Shown here in pieces: positions 44,101 through 59,031 of a stretch of DNA of 64,000 nucleotides; position 1 is the first letter of the stretch; the number at the start of each line of letters is the position of its first letter. Source of the DNA: Dimorphilus gyrociliatus (lineage: Eukaryota > Animalia > Annelida); NCBI GenBank assembly GCA_904063045.1, contig CAJFCJ010000009.1:1426968-1490967 (forward strand). Reading direction: 5' to 3'. Position numbers and translations under genes: made by a program. A model generated the notes under the pieces. The model was not told where the DNA came from. It saw nothing but the letters and a program-made list of their open reading frames with translations, and made no database searches.

Positions 44101-46761
44101 CCACTTCAAATACGTCCGACAAAGGAGTTTCAGCGTTTAATTTAATTGCTGATAACAATTGAACAATACAGGAGCTAACTGATTTAAAAGACAGACGCCT
44201 CTGGCGTCTGTTTGTCTTGCTAAAAAACGTCGGATCCGCCTGCAAATAATTTATAAAGAAGATCTGATTAATTTCCTTACGTTTTTTTGTTTTCATATTC
44301 TTTATATAAATCATATGGTTAAGGGCTTTGAAGAAAGTTACATATTGTTTATGACGTTATTGCTACATTGTATATGGAATCAAGGGAAAAAATGGACAAA
44401 AAATGGACAGCTGTAGGCCTATATTTTAAACTAACAACTGCAAAAATAAATATGCATGTGGGGGGTAACCCGGTTGGTATCTGATATTATAATGTTAACT
44501 CACCTTGCGTTCATCCAAACGGGACGGAACTATAAAGTAGGTCACAACACCCTTAGACATTAACAATTTATCGTGCTGATAAGCTAATGAAGGCTCCACG
44601 CAATATTCGTCATGCAAATGTTCTAATGTTGCTGAAGAGATGTGTACCCGACCAGGGGAACCAGTCGATTCCATCCGATTAGCTATAGTTACGTCGTCAC
44701 TCCAGACATCATATTGCCATTTTCTTAGTCCTAACACACCAGATAATACTCTACCCGTGTGAATACCAACTCTCATATCTAAGTCTATTTCCAAGGCATC
44801 TCTAACAGCCGATATAGCGTCGATCATGTCTAAACCCATCGTAACAGCGCATCGAGCGTGATCCGGACGTGGTTCGATTAGACCGCTAACGCAGTAATAA
44901 CAATCGCCGAGTATCTTTATACGATGGCAGTGATTTTCTTTTGCCAGCTGGTCGAAACGGCTAAAGAGTTCATTGAGAATCTTGACCAGTTCTCCGGCTG
45001 AACATTGACCCGCAAGTGCGGTAAAACCGACTATGTCGGCGAATAAAATACTAACTTCCTCATGTAATTGTATGTATACTTTATGAAACATTCCCTGACG
45101 AGGTGATAAAACATCTTTCTTCACCTCCATCGCTATATGATTAGGTAAAACGGAAGATAATAGTTTTTCCAGGCGTTCGTTTTCTTCTTTCATATCCAAA
45201 CGCATCTCTATACAGTCACGCATACCTTTAAAGGCCTTTCTCCGAGAATGTTCAGTTCTCGAATGGACGACAACGCCGACAACATTGGCGCTTATAAATA
45301 GGATGCAATTTGCTACTAGCTGGAATTTATAAAGAAAAAACTCTCATCATATATAGCTTCCAGATGGAAAAAATACAAAAGCATGACGTCACGAACTACC
45401 TGCGCTCTACGTAGAAAGTTCAGAGAGTGCACGCAGCGTCTAAAAGAACACACTTACCTCTCGCCATAAATGAAGCGATGAAGCGGATAGAACAGCTGTT
45501 AGGGTGTGGGTAACCGGAAGAACGATACCCAAAGAAATCCCGACAAGTCCTGAAGCGGGTACTAAAGTGTAGATGAGTAACAAGGCTATAACGCATTGCC
45601 AGACCCCATCGGCTGTTGTCATTCGACGTCTGTGGTCCGAAGACCAACTCACCGGAAGTGAAATCACCACCCAAGCGACGACTAATGCCAAACATGCATA
45701 GCTGTGAGGGGACGAGAATGGGAGGAGTGTTTGAATTATTTGTTATCATAGTTGATAGTATTATTATCATACTTTGTAATATTTACAACCTATAGTTTAT
45801 TACTATTATCATTACTATGCATAATACTATTTTTTACTACCACTTTACAACATATACACTACCATTACTACCTATATTAAAGCCACTAGTATCTATTAAT
45901 TGTTGCATCTAGACCAACACAAACTATGAACAATGGCAAGACTAATGCTGCTTACACTCGTAGTACTGCATTTTGCAGTAGCTCTTCTGTTTTATAACTA
46001 TTTCTTTCTTTTTTTTCATGCAGTTGGTTGGAAAGAATATTTTTTGTACGTACGATATATCAAAGTAGAATTGTAACTATCATCTTTTAAAGCCTAATTA
46101 ACTGGGTTTTTTTTTCACAAGTAGGGCTAACCTGACACAATAGGCCTATTTCCAAAAGGGATAAGATCAGGTGTGTTTAGTATAGCTTTCCCAGTTTTAT
46201 TTTTTTTACCTATATACTCATATTCCCGAGAGGAGAGTTTGTGTTAATCGTCCGCGAATTTTGCACTTAACACATTATCGTACAATAAAAGTGAATCACG
46301 TGACTATTGAAAAAAAAGCGACTTGGTTAGAAAAGAGAAAGCCTTATTCAAAAGAAAAAGTCAACGGAGAGGGAAGAGCAGAATAAAAAATAATAATAAT
46401 AACAATAACAAACTAAATAGAGAATAACTTACCTTAGACAAGCGATTTGAGAGGGTGAGGCTCTAGATAGAGCTACAATGAGACACACAGAGAGGACGCA
46501 AGACGCCAAATGGAAGACGTCGGTGACTGTTGCTTGTTTCGTATAAACGACGGTCAACGAGGCGATTAAGGCGCTCGGTATCATTAAAACAATTAGAAGA
46601 ATAATTAGGGCTCGTCTTCTTGTTGGCCACATATATTGAGCGTATAACTGCCGAAGTTTGGGAGACTCGAACGCCTCTTTTCTACTGAACAATTTCATCC
46701 TCCTTAATAAACTGGCAACGTTATCGCCCGAGTTCTGCTGCACTAGCCGTTCGCTTTCCAT
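41154..46761 (-). CDS. ADCY1: Transmembrane adenylyl cyclase, ADCY1/rutabaga-like (Ca2+/calmodulin type by similarity), with a long Pro/Ser-rich C-tail
   Basis: C1 domain: [23 protein letters not shown] and [19 protein letters not shown]2 domain: [14 protein letters not shown] and [20 protein letters not shown] (ATP-specifying K/D and catalytic N/R intact). Two TM clusters. Confidence 0.85.
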
Positions 46762-48537
46762 TGCTGCATGTACTGCAAAGGCTGTAAAAAAATTTCGACC
46801 GAGTACGCGTTGAACCCTACTTGCTCGCCACCTAGAAACGATCGCTCTTTCGTGACGTCATCGCCTCGAATTTTCACCGGGCGAGGCTGCTTTCGGTCTG
46901 GAAAGAAGAAAAAACGGAGGCCTGAGAAAAATTCCAATCTTGTCAATACTCTTTTTTTTCTTGTATTGTAAATATCCGGCCTTTGTAGGCCTTTACTTAA
47001 AAAAGGCATGATATAAATATCATTTTCTTCCTTCTATATCCGACAGAAGGCGCATTAGGCCTAAGCCGAGTTTTCGTACCGGATGCAAATCGAATTCATT
47101 CTGAACATAAGGATTAATAACGCTATTGATCATTAATAAAACATACGATTTTAAAAAATAGCCTTTTCGGTTCGTTAATTCTCTTTGGTTAATCCACTTT
47201 AGCCCGCAAGTAAACCGCTTATTAAATGATAATGAATATACCTGACTAAAACGAATAACCAGTGAGATATAAGAGACGCCTGTGAAAGAGACGCTCTTTT
47301 CTCTCTCGACACATGAATAAAAAAAAAAGAAATTTAAAAAAGATATAAAGTAATTTTGTTGATTAATCATATAAAAACGTCTGCGCTAATACATATTCTC
47401 ATTGTGCAGTGTATGAATATACATCTACGGTATGTATAGGACAAACAATTTTTCCCAAAATGAATGCCGAATAGACGAATAGACGGCGTGATTGCAATAC
47501 CAGCGTTTAAACGTGTATAATTAATTAATAAATTAATCGAAAGAAGTTAACCGACAAGAGACGCTTGCTACATAGGTAAATTCTATTCATTATAAATGGG
47601 TACGAATATGGAAATTCTCAATTACGAATTGAATTATTTGTAGAAAACAAAAAAGACAAGTAATTTATGAGAAAAAAAGAAAAATAATACCTTATTCTCT
47701 TTTCTCTTTCTCTTCCCTTTTTTAGTTCTCATAAAGCACTAAATAAATTTACCTTGAAACGAACTTTCAAGGCCTATTTGTTTTATTTAGGCTTTTTAAA
47801 TTGAATTAATAGGAAAATAATAAAGGTTTAGTTTATAAATACCGAAAAGAAAGGTAAGGGAATTTTGATTAGGATGTTAAGATAAAAAACAAACATATAT
47901 AGGTCATACACAAACTAACGTATACTAATAGTAGTATCATTTATCTTCTGCCTTAGTTTGCTAATAAAATTAATGGTAAGATTAGGATGGAGAAAAAAAT
48001 GAGGAAGATTTGCAGTGGAGATAGAGATTATGGATGAAAGAGAGAGAAAATATTTCTGTATATAAATAATAATAATCAACGGGTACTATAATTTACAGTA
48101 GGTCTTTATGTGTTCAGCTGCAGGTTCGTTCTAAGTAAATAAACGAATGAAAGAATATTTCGCAATGATTAGAATTCCCTTGCAATTGATCTTTCGTTTG
48201 GAGAATTGTGTTTGTTAGCCCCATTTTACAATTCCATCTCTCATTTCCCTACTCCTTCCCTGTACTTCCCCACTAACTAGCTTATTACAGATGAAAAATA
48301 AATAAAATAAAAGTAAATGAGTCTCTTGGATAATGACGTCATATAACAGGTTTTTAAAAAGCTGAATGTAAACATCCTTAGAGTGAATATTTTTATTGAA
48401 AGGAGAAAAAAAAATAAAAGAAAATAGTATGTAAATATATTATAGATACTGCATATATACTGTGTACAAAGTATATATAACGTACACATTATATATAAAT
48501 ATGTTTATATATGTATTTATATATTTATGTTATAGAA

Positions 48538-49461
48538 ATGAGCTCGCTAATTGGTCAACGAATTAGAACAAGAAATAACGGAGTTGATTCGAATCGAATC
48601 TTAATGCACGATGTAACTGAAAAAGGTTAATGGGAAAAAAAAGAAAAAAAAGCCACCCATCAAGCCTTCCCACTCTTATTTTTGCCTAATTTTTTCTCTC
48701 TTATATATTTATAGTTTTATATATTTCTTCTAGCATTTGAAGAGATTGAGCAAGATGGATTTGAAGAAGAAATTCCCGGAATGTCTAATAGTCGCAACTT
48801 GACGGTTAACGATCAACGAGAATTCGACGAGTTGCGGGAAATTTTTAATAGAGAGTACGAGACATTAACCGATGAATTTAGCGAAACGACAATTAAGCTT
48901 AAAGAAGTAGAAGATCATTATACAGTGGCGAAAGATGAAGTTATTCAACGCCGACAAGAGGTTCTTCAAGCGCAAATCGAATTAGACGAAATCAGTCAAC
49001 ACTTGGATATACTTAAACAAGAAACCGAAATCTTGAAAACAAATCACGTGGACATTCAAGCTGATAATGAGGTATGGATTAATCTTGTTACCCGGATTTG
49101 CACTAATGTATATTGTTATATTTAATGATTCATAACAACTTCTTTTTGATAGGGTTTGAGAATTCTGTCTGAAGTCTCAAAGGCATGGAAAGAAGGTTTG
49201 AATGGTCGAGATCAACTATTGAATTTCGACGAAATCCTCAAAGATCAATTACCTCGAGGTCAAACAGTAGACAGGCTATTAAATGAACGTCGAGTTGATT
49301 TGTGGAGTGTGTTTAATCCAGCTATCAGCTTTGAGCATCAGAGGCAAAAAGCCAACAGTAAATCGAATTTAAAGATAAGGTCGACAGTAAGAGTTCAATC
49401 GACCGCCAGTAAGACAAATGCACCTAACAAGTCCCAGTCGAGAATTATTTTCAATGACTAA
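48538..49461 (+). CDS. Uncharacterised coiled-coil protein
   Basis: Three phase-compatible exons (48538-48625, about 48734-49071, 49154-49461). Heptad-like Glu/Leu-rich middle (LKEVEDHYTVAKDEVIQRRQEVLQAQIEL). Confidence 0.65.
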
Positions 49462-49707
49462 TATATACAGTATCTGGTATGTTAGAAAAAGCTAAAAGTG
49501 ATACAATAAGAATCTTCAATTCGGATACAAGATTACTTTTTATCTAAATAGTAGCAAACCTTCTACACTCAGAACTAGGGCGATCTTATCCCAATAATAA
49601 ATAATAGCTATTAATTCAGAGCAACTTTACAGCTTTCTAAGAAACAAATTTTATAATTCAGTATGAAAAAATACCTAGAAAGAGGTAAATTAAAAAAAAA
49701 AACAATT

Positions 49708-52624
49708 TTAGGAAGAGTCAGTAGATTTCGTCTGGTAAGAGCTCTCCTCAAATTTCTTATCCTCTCTGTCATCCATATCCATTCTCCTTACACTTTCAGC
49801 CACTTCGTCAAGATATTGCATCGACCTATGTTTAAACCTTACCTCGGAGATTAGCTCAAGCAACATGGTAGGTTTAAGAGCGCCGCTCACTTTGAGAGCT
49901 TCAGCAACAGCATCTTGCACTTGTCGATTCTGATCGTCTAAGTGGACTAATAGAGTTTTGTAAATATCTTCCAGATGGGCCGAAAACAGCTGGACTTCGT
50001 AACCTTCGCGATTTTCAAAATATTTAAAATAAGATTCGATTGTTACTCCCGTCAGTATTCTAATTTCATCTGATACATCATCGAGACGCTTAATAATGTT
50101 GTGATAAGAGTCATGGACTATCTTCTCATCAAGATCTTCTGTGTCCTCTTTTTTCGAATTAAAAATACAATTTAAAACTCTTAGGGCAATTAATCGAGTC
50201 TCCTTTAAATCGTCTTCTATTAAGCTCATTAATGGTGTAAATAGTTTGCCGATTTTCCGAACGTGATTTTTATCGACCATTGCCCACACACAAGACACAG
50301 CTGCCGTCCTTACAGACGCCGCAACTCTTCCTGCTTGCCAAACAAAACAAGGTAGGATGCTGTCAGAAAGAAGTTCGTCAGCGCAATTTGATAAGCCCTT
50401 TCCACACTCTGCCGCCAGCATAGATCTTCCAATTAGTGTTAAAAATCTAGCCCTAATTTCTGGATCTCTTTCATCCCGTAAAGCATTCTTCAAAATTGGC
50501 AAAAGAGAACCGCTGACCTCGTCTAGGGTCGCAGCACCACATTCTATTAATAGGGTATCAACTATAAACCTATCGGCAGAGTATTTAGCCCAGCTCGAGG
50601 AGGATGGTAGTAAAGCTTCCAATAGCTTTCTCGCATGCTTCGATATAAAACTTTCTCGCTCATTCAAACCGACAGCTTTAGATACCATATCAATCAAACG
50701 GAAAGTTTCACTTTTTATCTTATTTGATTGACTAAGGGCGGATACGGTTATAAGAACGAAAAACATATCGAATTCTACATCAGTTATCGACTTTTGACAA
50801 ACTTCAATTAATGAGTTAAGGACGGACAATAAGGCTTTTTGTGTGTCTTCGTCGTTACTTTGGCAGACTTCCGGTAGGCACAATTTTTGGAAAATACGAG
50901 GAAGCAATGATGAAAGGACTTGACAACTACAACCTTTAGAGATCGATGATAGGATCAGCAACGAGCTTTTATTACCGGAGGTCAATTGCAATTGGTTTAA
51001 AGCGAGCTTACTCCAGACTTCCGCTTTAGCAAAGTAACCCAAAAGAGTAGCACTCTTTTCAGTCTGTTGTTTTTTTAAAAAACAATAACTTAAGGCTATT
51101 TTGAAAGTTCACTTACGTTTACTTACATAATTTCGAACTTTTTCGTCTTCATCAGTAATCGCTCTGGAAAGTGATTTTTGTTTTTTTTAACTATTCCCAT
51201 AAATCACTTACATTAATAACAAACCTGTACAAGGACGGGAGAATTTTGTCTATGTGTTGCGTAATATTCATTTCTTCATTAATTAGTAGGATATATAATA
51301 ATTGTGAGGCTTTAATTTTAGTTTCCGTCTTCCAATCGCCAAGGTCCCCGGCAAGACCAGGAGCAATCTTACTAAAGTGTAAATAGACTAATCTTCTGCA
51401 TCCTATATTTGGTCTGCTTACTGGAAATCGTTAAATATAAATATTTATACACTTCTTTACAGTATAGTTTAAAATTCAATCAATATATATATATTATATA
51501 TAAAATCTCAAGTAAACTTACATCCTTCCGGATAATGCTCAAGATTTTCAACTTCGAAATTCAAAGAATCTTTCAGCTCTTCTTCATTTTCATTAGCATA
51601 TTTTAAACCTAATAGTAATTATAGCTAATTAGTATGATGTACGACTCTTAAATTGATAAATATTTTGATTTTTTCCAGTGAACCGACCTACATCATGCCA
51701 AAGCCCATCTGCTGTTTCCTGAATATCAGGCATTTCATCTGCTATACTTGTTAACAATAGTGGAATTAACTTATGATGATACGAATATCTGCAATACAGG
51801 ATTATATGTTGTCAATTATTTATCTCATTGCTAAATTTAACTTAAATAAATGGAGACCTGTCTAATAAATTTAACAGCCATTCGCCAATTACTTTTGTTA
51901 TTTCCAATCTTACTACAGGAGTAGGATCGAATAGTCTTTGAGCAAAATTTGGAATAACTCTATCAACAGGCTTATTAGAACTGTTTAGTAATACTTGTCC
52001 AATAGCTTTAATGGCCTCTAGTCGAACTTTTGAATGTTGATGACCTAAACATTGCATCAGTGGACCAACTAGATTTTCAGCTTCATGAAAAAATCTCTCT
52101 TTTGAGAGAGTAGCCAACTTTGAGCAGCATTTGCAGCTTTCCTTTTTTACTTCATGAAATTTATCAAGGACGGTTCTACTTAAAATTTTTATCAAATCTT
52201 GAACATAGATCTCTAAGTTCGTTAGAGTGATATTCAGTAACTTTCCAATTAATTTAACTAAGTGTAGGCGTAACTCTTCCGATGGCTCTACAATTTCCTG
52301 CTGACCTAATCTTTGCAGTAAAACTGGAATAACCAAGTGCATAAATTCTTCAGGTTTTGAGACTCTTTCAACTGTTCTTGCCGTAAAGCTGATTGCATTT
52401 TCTCTTAAGTTTTCAACACTGTCAGAGAACAACTTTAGCACGTGCCTTATTATATCGCTCATAACATTGTCAAAGACAGTCGAATCTAAGCTTTCCTTTC
52501 TATCAACAGTCTCCTTACGAATTTCTTCAAACGCTTTCTTACGATTGAATCGAGACGGATCGGATAATAAATTGATACTACGACCAAGATTTTGGAGAAT
52601 ATCTTTTGCGGTTTTGTCGCTCAT
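49708..52624 (-). CDS. DNAAF5: Dynein axonemal assembly factor 5 (HEATR2), HEAT-repeat protein
   Basis: HEAT repeats throughout: [60 protein letters not shown] and KHRS near the C-terminus. Confidence 0.9.
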
Positions 52625-52857
52625 TTTTGGTATGAAATATTTGGAATTAACTGGTAAAGTTCAAATCCACTTGAACACTTTTATTTTAGATTTTGTATTG
52701 GAAACAATTATTGAATGAGTTAATTTTGTATTACGTTGAGTTTATAGACTTTTATAAACGGAAATCACGTGACTGAAAAAACCGAATTCAGTACGTGACG
52801 AACCAAAGATACAAGGTGTCCAAGCATATGTTAGAAGAATAAACTAATTACCCGACC
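52625..52857. promoter_or_regulatory. Bidirectional promoter (DNAAF5 / NUP107) with ATCACGTGAC at 52764-52773
   Basis: 233 nt between the divergent ATGs. A second ACGTGAC lies near 52793. Confidence 0.7.
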
Positions 52858-55800
52858 ATGGCAAATATGTCAGATGTAAGTTAGGATTACATAAAACGAT
52901 AATCATAAAATTTCAGTCTTATTTGTTAAATTGTCTCTGCATTGCAAATAATTGCATGTCGGCTTGAGCGATGATACAGGTTTCAGTGAAAGCATTTTGA
53001 TGTATTTTAAATTATAGTACAATCGTTCTTAAAATCTTGGTTTCAGATATCCTTCGTTGGATTCCATGCCTCTGTGAACAGAGTAAGTTGTTATTTTTCA
53101 TTTTCAAACGTTAGATAAGAGTAGTGACTTAACAATTGACATGCTAAGGATGCTAAAAATTTAACACTAAAGTAATTTATCTAGAATTCAAAATAAGCTC
53201 TTATAATTAACAACAAAAATAGTGTTTGAAGTGTTTTTAAGTTTATATGAGTTTGTTCAGAAAATACTGTAACGAAATATTTCTTGTAGAGTGAAATGTC
53301 ACTGAAGACAGAAAAATCGATTCTGAATACTACAAATCCGTCTCATATTCTAGAGGAGGACCCTTCAATTTCTCAGGCTACTTCACTATTTTCAGAATTT
53401 ATGGATGCTATGAGAGACTATGGCAATGAACATGAAATTTTACCACTCTTGTTATCCTATGAACAATTATGTTCTGATCATGTTAAACTTCTCAGTAAAT
53501 TACTTGCTGCATCAGCCCCAAACAACCGACTGATACAGGAAGCCGGCCTACAAAGGAATCTTTTAGAGCAGGTAAAATATACAATTCTGATGCTTGTAGT
53601 AAATGTGGAAAATATCTCTATATTTATATTAAAATAATACAGGAAAAACAAACCTGGATGCTTTTATATACGTTATACGACGATAGAGTTCGGACTGATG
53701 GTAGAAAGGCTGCAGGCAACAGATCAGAAATAGAATGTAAAACTGAAAAACAATTAATTAAAAGACTTTTTGAAATGGATGATTTCGTAAGAACGGCTCA
53801 GCGTATAGTTGATTGGTTGGAATACGCTAGCGCCGAAAAATTAGAAGAATTTTACAATAAAATTCAATATTTTATTGACCATGCCGGTCAGGCTGGAGAA
53901 AACACACTATTTTCACTGAAAAGAGGAAAATATTCTGGTATTGTACAGCATATGGATCCTGATGCGTGTATGAGAGAAAATCAGAAATTAACAAGCCTTG
54001 ATGAAGAAGATGAAGACAGACTACTAAGACACATCTGGGCTTGTATTCGTGCAGGTAATTGGTTAATTATTTCGGAAATCTAATTCTTTAACTGGAAATC
54101 TAAAATATATTTATATTCGAAATATCCGGTTTAATTTTATTTAGGTCAATTAGAGGAAGCTCAACATATTAGCACGAAATGTGGTCAACCTTGGAGGGCA
54201 GCAACATTAGAGGGTTGGCGTCTTTATCACGATCCTAATTTGACAATGGAAGATGAAGGAGAAGTTGAAGGTAATACATCCAGAGATCTATGGACCAGTA
54301 TCGCCTGGAAAGTTTGTGAAAGTGAAGGAGTAAGCAGTCTTGAAAAGGCGATCTATGGAACTCTGTGTGGTCATCTACCTTCAGTTTTAGCGGTATGCCA
54401 AAGTTGGCATGATCACTTCTGGGCAAGATTAAAGGTAAAATGTTATTTATTTTTATAGTTTCCTATCATAATAATATAACCCAATTCAGGTGGCTATACT
54501 GGCAAGAGTAGAGCAAGAATTGTTTACTATTCGAGTAAGAAGTGCTAAAATGCTTGCACCACCCGAAGATCTTATGAAAAATTCCGCTACCTCTTTTTCG
54601 CAAATCTTGAATGACGTCGAAGGAACAGAAAAAGACCGAGTAAAATATGAAAGTAAAGAAAAGTATAATATCCTACAAAAGCTTATTATCCTCGGAGATA
54701 CTTCTGAATTACTACGGGTCATGGCCGAATGGATAGACGATGAACTTGAAGAGGATACCTCTCTAATAAACAGTCATTTATTACGTTTCATGGCTCATTT
54801 AGTTCTGTTCTTAAGAACTGTAACTACTTTAAATGATGCTGCAGCAGATGACGATGCAGTTAGGGTCTTACGAGCTTACGTTCAACATTTAATCAAATCG
54901 GGTCCGTCAGAAGTTGTAAGCTTTTACACAGCCAAATTACCAATTGATATGCAAGCAGATGTCTTGGCCCTTTTCTTTCAAAGCGTTACAGGAAGTGACG
55001 ACAGACATGCTCAAATGTTTATGGCACAATCAGTCGGTATTGATGTATACAGCGCAACCAGAGGTGTTGTACAACTCATTCGAGACGATCCTAAATCCAC
55101 TGACGAAGAAATAATATCTGCTTTAGAATGGTTGACTTTTGACAGAGGACAGAGAATGGACGCTATAAAATCATCGAATTCTATAATAAGAATGTTTTTA
55201 ATGAGGGAAAAGTTAGACGTTGCTCGCCAAGTATTATCGAAACTTCCTGACCAATCAATAGACCAAGTGTTATCTCAATGGACATCCCAAATGGGATTTA
55301 GCGACCTTCCACCTGAGGATTCGAACGCTGTCAGAGAGTTATTAGCACTTAAGGCATATCTCGAAGCCAACACAGCTTTCCAAGACTGGTTTACCCATAT
55401 TCATAGAGAGAGGCCTAACCCGCCCAATCGACTTACCAGAAACGCTGCATTTCAAGATAGGGTTGCATTTGAGCAAGAAAATAAAGCATTTGAATGCGAA
55501 ATGGACAGGTGGCAAAGGGGAGCTGATAGGTTAGCGCATGATGCGGTTGATAAATTATATAAAGTTTTAAATTTCCCTGGTAAATGGCTAATTGACGAAT
55601 ATAGTAGTACAATTGGTGATGAATTAAGACAACAACAGTTAAGAAGATTAAGACAGTTTTGCATACCCTCACTGGTTAATTTACTACTGACGGTGTTAAG
55701 GGAATCTAACAGACTGAGAGAGGCTATGCAAGTTGCAGATATTTTGGCGGACGAAGAAAAGCAATTGTATTCAGTCTTTTCCCAAGCGGATTTGCAGAGA

Positions 55801-55878
55801 TTAATGAATTCATTCCGAGAATTTGGCATGGAGTTCATGCAAAACCCTGGGATTGACTCTTTAGGCTATAAAAAATAG
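52858..55878 (+). CDS. NUP107: Nuclear pore complex protein Nup107
   Basis: HMDPDACMRE, EEDEDRLLRHIWACIRAG, CGQPWRAATLEGWRLYHDPN, EKAIYGTLCG, LLRFMAHLVLF and RELLALKAYL. Confidence 0.95.
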
Positions 55879-56400
55879 TTTACGAAGGTTGCTTAGTTAA
55901 TATATATTGTATATTTTCCTTTTGTACAATATTCATGTTTTCTCATACAAGAAAATACATTTTGTAGAAGTACATGTTGCTTTTACTTTTCTATTAATTA
56001 GTTAATAAATTATCAATAATTGACATGTGATTTAATCAACTACGTTCGAAACAATAACATTAACTGTCCATTGCCCTTTGAACGGTCTTCAAAATAAGAT
56101 TTATTTAAAGAAACTACATATATTTCAATTATTTAAATTTGTATTAATACAATTTCCATTCTCATCCACCTTCCTTGATTGAAATGGAATGACTTACCTA
56201 AAGTTATTTGATTTTTGGCAACTTTTCAATTTCTTTTGTCAATTAACCACTTTCTCCTATTGTCAATAAATAATAAATTGAATGACAAGTGGTGCCATCT
56301 GTTATACTTTCCCCCAGCATTGATCATGTGACTGCCTGAAGTGTTGGTTGTCGATGGTAATAGTTTTTTTTAGATTTTATTGAAAATCCCTCAAGAAATC

Positions 56401-58656
56401 ATGCTGTTTTGTCTCGGACAAAGATGGACACATCATCATATATCCGTGTTCATCTTAACATTTATGGGGTAAGGGAATTTTGAAAGATCACTTTCCCAGC
56501 CGTCTTCAAAAATATACGTTTCAGATACGCCTTCTTCCACGCAACAAGAAAAGCATTTAGCAATATAAAAACAGTAATAATTAGTGAATGGACCCCAACA
56601 TCGTTTAACAGTAGCATTCCAATAACAAGACCCGACGAGGTACAGTTGTTTTCTTTGTTAGAACATTCATAAATCATTATGAATTTAAAAAATGATCACT
56701 GATAGTATTAATCATATAAACAAAACACAAAAATCAGACTTGGAATTCGAGGAAGTTTTTCAAAGATGAAGGAAGTGCTGAATACTTTCTTGGTGCTTTA
56801 GATAGTATATTTATGGTATGCTATGCAATTGGTTTATACATAAATGGCGCAGTCGGAGATAGGTGATTTATTTCTTTCCCTCTTCCATCATAAAGATACA
56901 ATTCTCTTTTTATAACTTCCTTTATTACATCAAATAATAAGAAAATGTATCTATTTGATTAATTGAAAAAAGAACAATTTTTCTTTCTTTTTCAGACTTG
57001 ATACCCGTAAAGTATTAAGCTTTGGTATGATTGGGTCATCGATAACTGTAATTCTATTTGGATGCGTTAGCGAATGGACCCATTTTTACAATAAGCCGTA
57101 TTACATCGCTTGGTGGGTACTTAACGGCTTTCTCCAATCAACTGGGTGGCCGGCCTGCGTTGCAGTCATGGGATATTGGGTTGGTAAAAGTAGTAGAGGT
57201 TTGGTTCTTGGGTTATGGAGCGCATGCGCTTCAGTGGGAAACATTATCGGAGCTTTATTATGTTCATCGTTAGTAATCCAATATATATTTCAATTATACG
57301 ATTAATTTTGAATCTTTCAACATATTAGAGTTTTAAATTACGGGTATTCTTACGCTTTTTTATTACCGTCTACTGTTCTACTTGGAGGAGGAATAGTTAT
57401 TCTATTCGGTCTTGTTGTATATCCATCAGACGTTGGTCTAGAAGATCCAGATTCGCACGAAGAATCTAATGGACAAAATCCTATCGATACTGATAGGGAA
57501 AGGTTACTTGACAATAATGAAGACATACAAGGTAATTAGTATTAAGCAATTTTCGGTCTTTTACCTAAATTTTAAAATGTGTACAACCTAACTTAATCAT
57601 TTTTCCAGTTCTGCCAGATCAGAATAAAGCTATTAGCGTTGGAAGAGCTCTTTTACTACCAGGAGTAATCCCTTATTCGTTGGCCTACGGGTGTTTGAAA
57701 CTAGTTAATTATTCATTCTTCTTTTGGTTGCCATTATACTTAGGTTCTAAATTTGGCTGGGGAAATACAGAATCAGATAAACTATCTATATGGTATTCTC
57801 CAATTATATTTTCTAATTTATCATCCGCCTAATGATTACTCAGCGTTAATTATTTCCCAATAGGTATGATGTGGGTGGTATAATTCTAGGAACAGTTGCC
57901 GGATTTATATCAGATTTTTCTGGACGAAGGGCACCAGTGATGACTGTTCTCCTTGTACTAGCTATGCCAATGCTCTATTTTTATAAAAGTATTATTATCT
58001 TTGTTCATGAGAGATTAATTGAAATTTTCTTAAAACTTATCTCTCTAATTGTTTTTCCTCAGTTTCGCCTAACGATAAAAAGATTAACGCGGTACTAATG
58101 ACGCTTTTGGGTGGTTTTATTGGTGGGCCATCTAATTTGATTAGTGCTGCTATATCAGCCGACCTTGGACGTCAAACTGTCGTTCAAGGAAACGAGAGAG
58201 CTCTATCTACTGTAACTGGTATTGTGGACGGAACGGGTAGCGTTGGAGCGGCAATTGGTCAATTTTTACTACCCGTCATTCATCAGAAACTAGGCTGGGG
58301 AGCAGTCTTTTATTTTTTCATGATTATGGTCTGTCTCTACAATTCATTATATAAATATATATTATGCAATGAAACTAATTACATTTTAATTTTTGATATT
58401 AAAAGACTGGATCTACATTACTTTGTATCTTGCCAATTATTTATAATGATTTCAAAGAACACGGTTTTAGATGCTGCTCAAAAAGAACCCAAAATGTCGG
58501 ATATCAAAGTAAGCTAAATCACGCAAGTGTTTCTTTTGTTTTTGGTTGTTCTTTTTTTTGTCTTTTAAAATGTAGATAATAGGCTAAATTTTCAGCTGTA
58601 GTTCTAAAAGAATTATTCTCAGGTATTCTAATTTTACACAAACCTTAATAATACAG

Positions 58657-58712
<56 letters not shown>

Positions 58713-59031
58713 CGATGCATAAATATGTATTATACTGGTGATAGCTAAAAACAAAACTGGACTCTGTTTTACAAGGTTCTTTTTTCACTTTTTTAACTCT
58801 CAGCTAGAATTTAACCAACCACTTAGAATGGGATAATGACTAAATTCATCGTAATCTTATATATATACTGTATATATTATATAAATTATATATAGTATAT
58901 ATGATGGAATTACAGAAATACCTATACATATTTACATTCTTTTCTTTCCTTTATACATATACATTTCATTCATCTTCCTTTTTGTAGACGGCGATACTTC
59001 CGACGAAGAGGTGATACTTACTCGAGACTGA
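56401..59031 (+). CDS. SLC37A3: Sugar-phosphate exchanger 3 (MFS, SLC37 family)
   Basis: HHISVFILTF...YAFFHATRKAFSN, NGFLQSTGWPACVAVMGYW, GLWSACASVGNIIGA, KLVNYSFFFWLP, GGPSNLISAAISADLG and TVTGIVDGTGSVGAAIGQ. Dileucine-like motifs DRERLL and DEEVIL. Confidence 0.92.
58661..58708. repeat. (AT)n microsatellite
   Basis: Long uninterrupted AT run in the last SLC37A3 intron. Confidence 0.95.
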
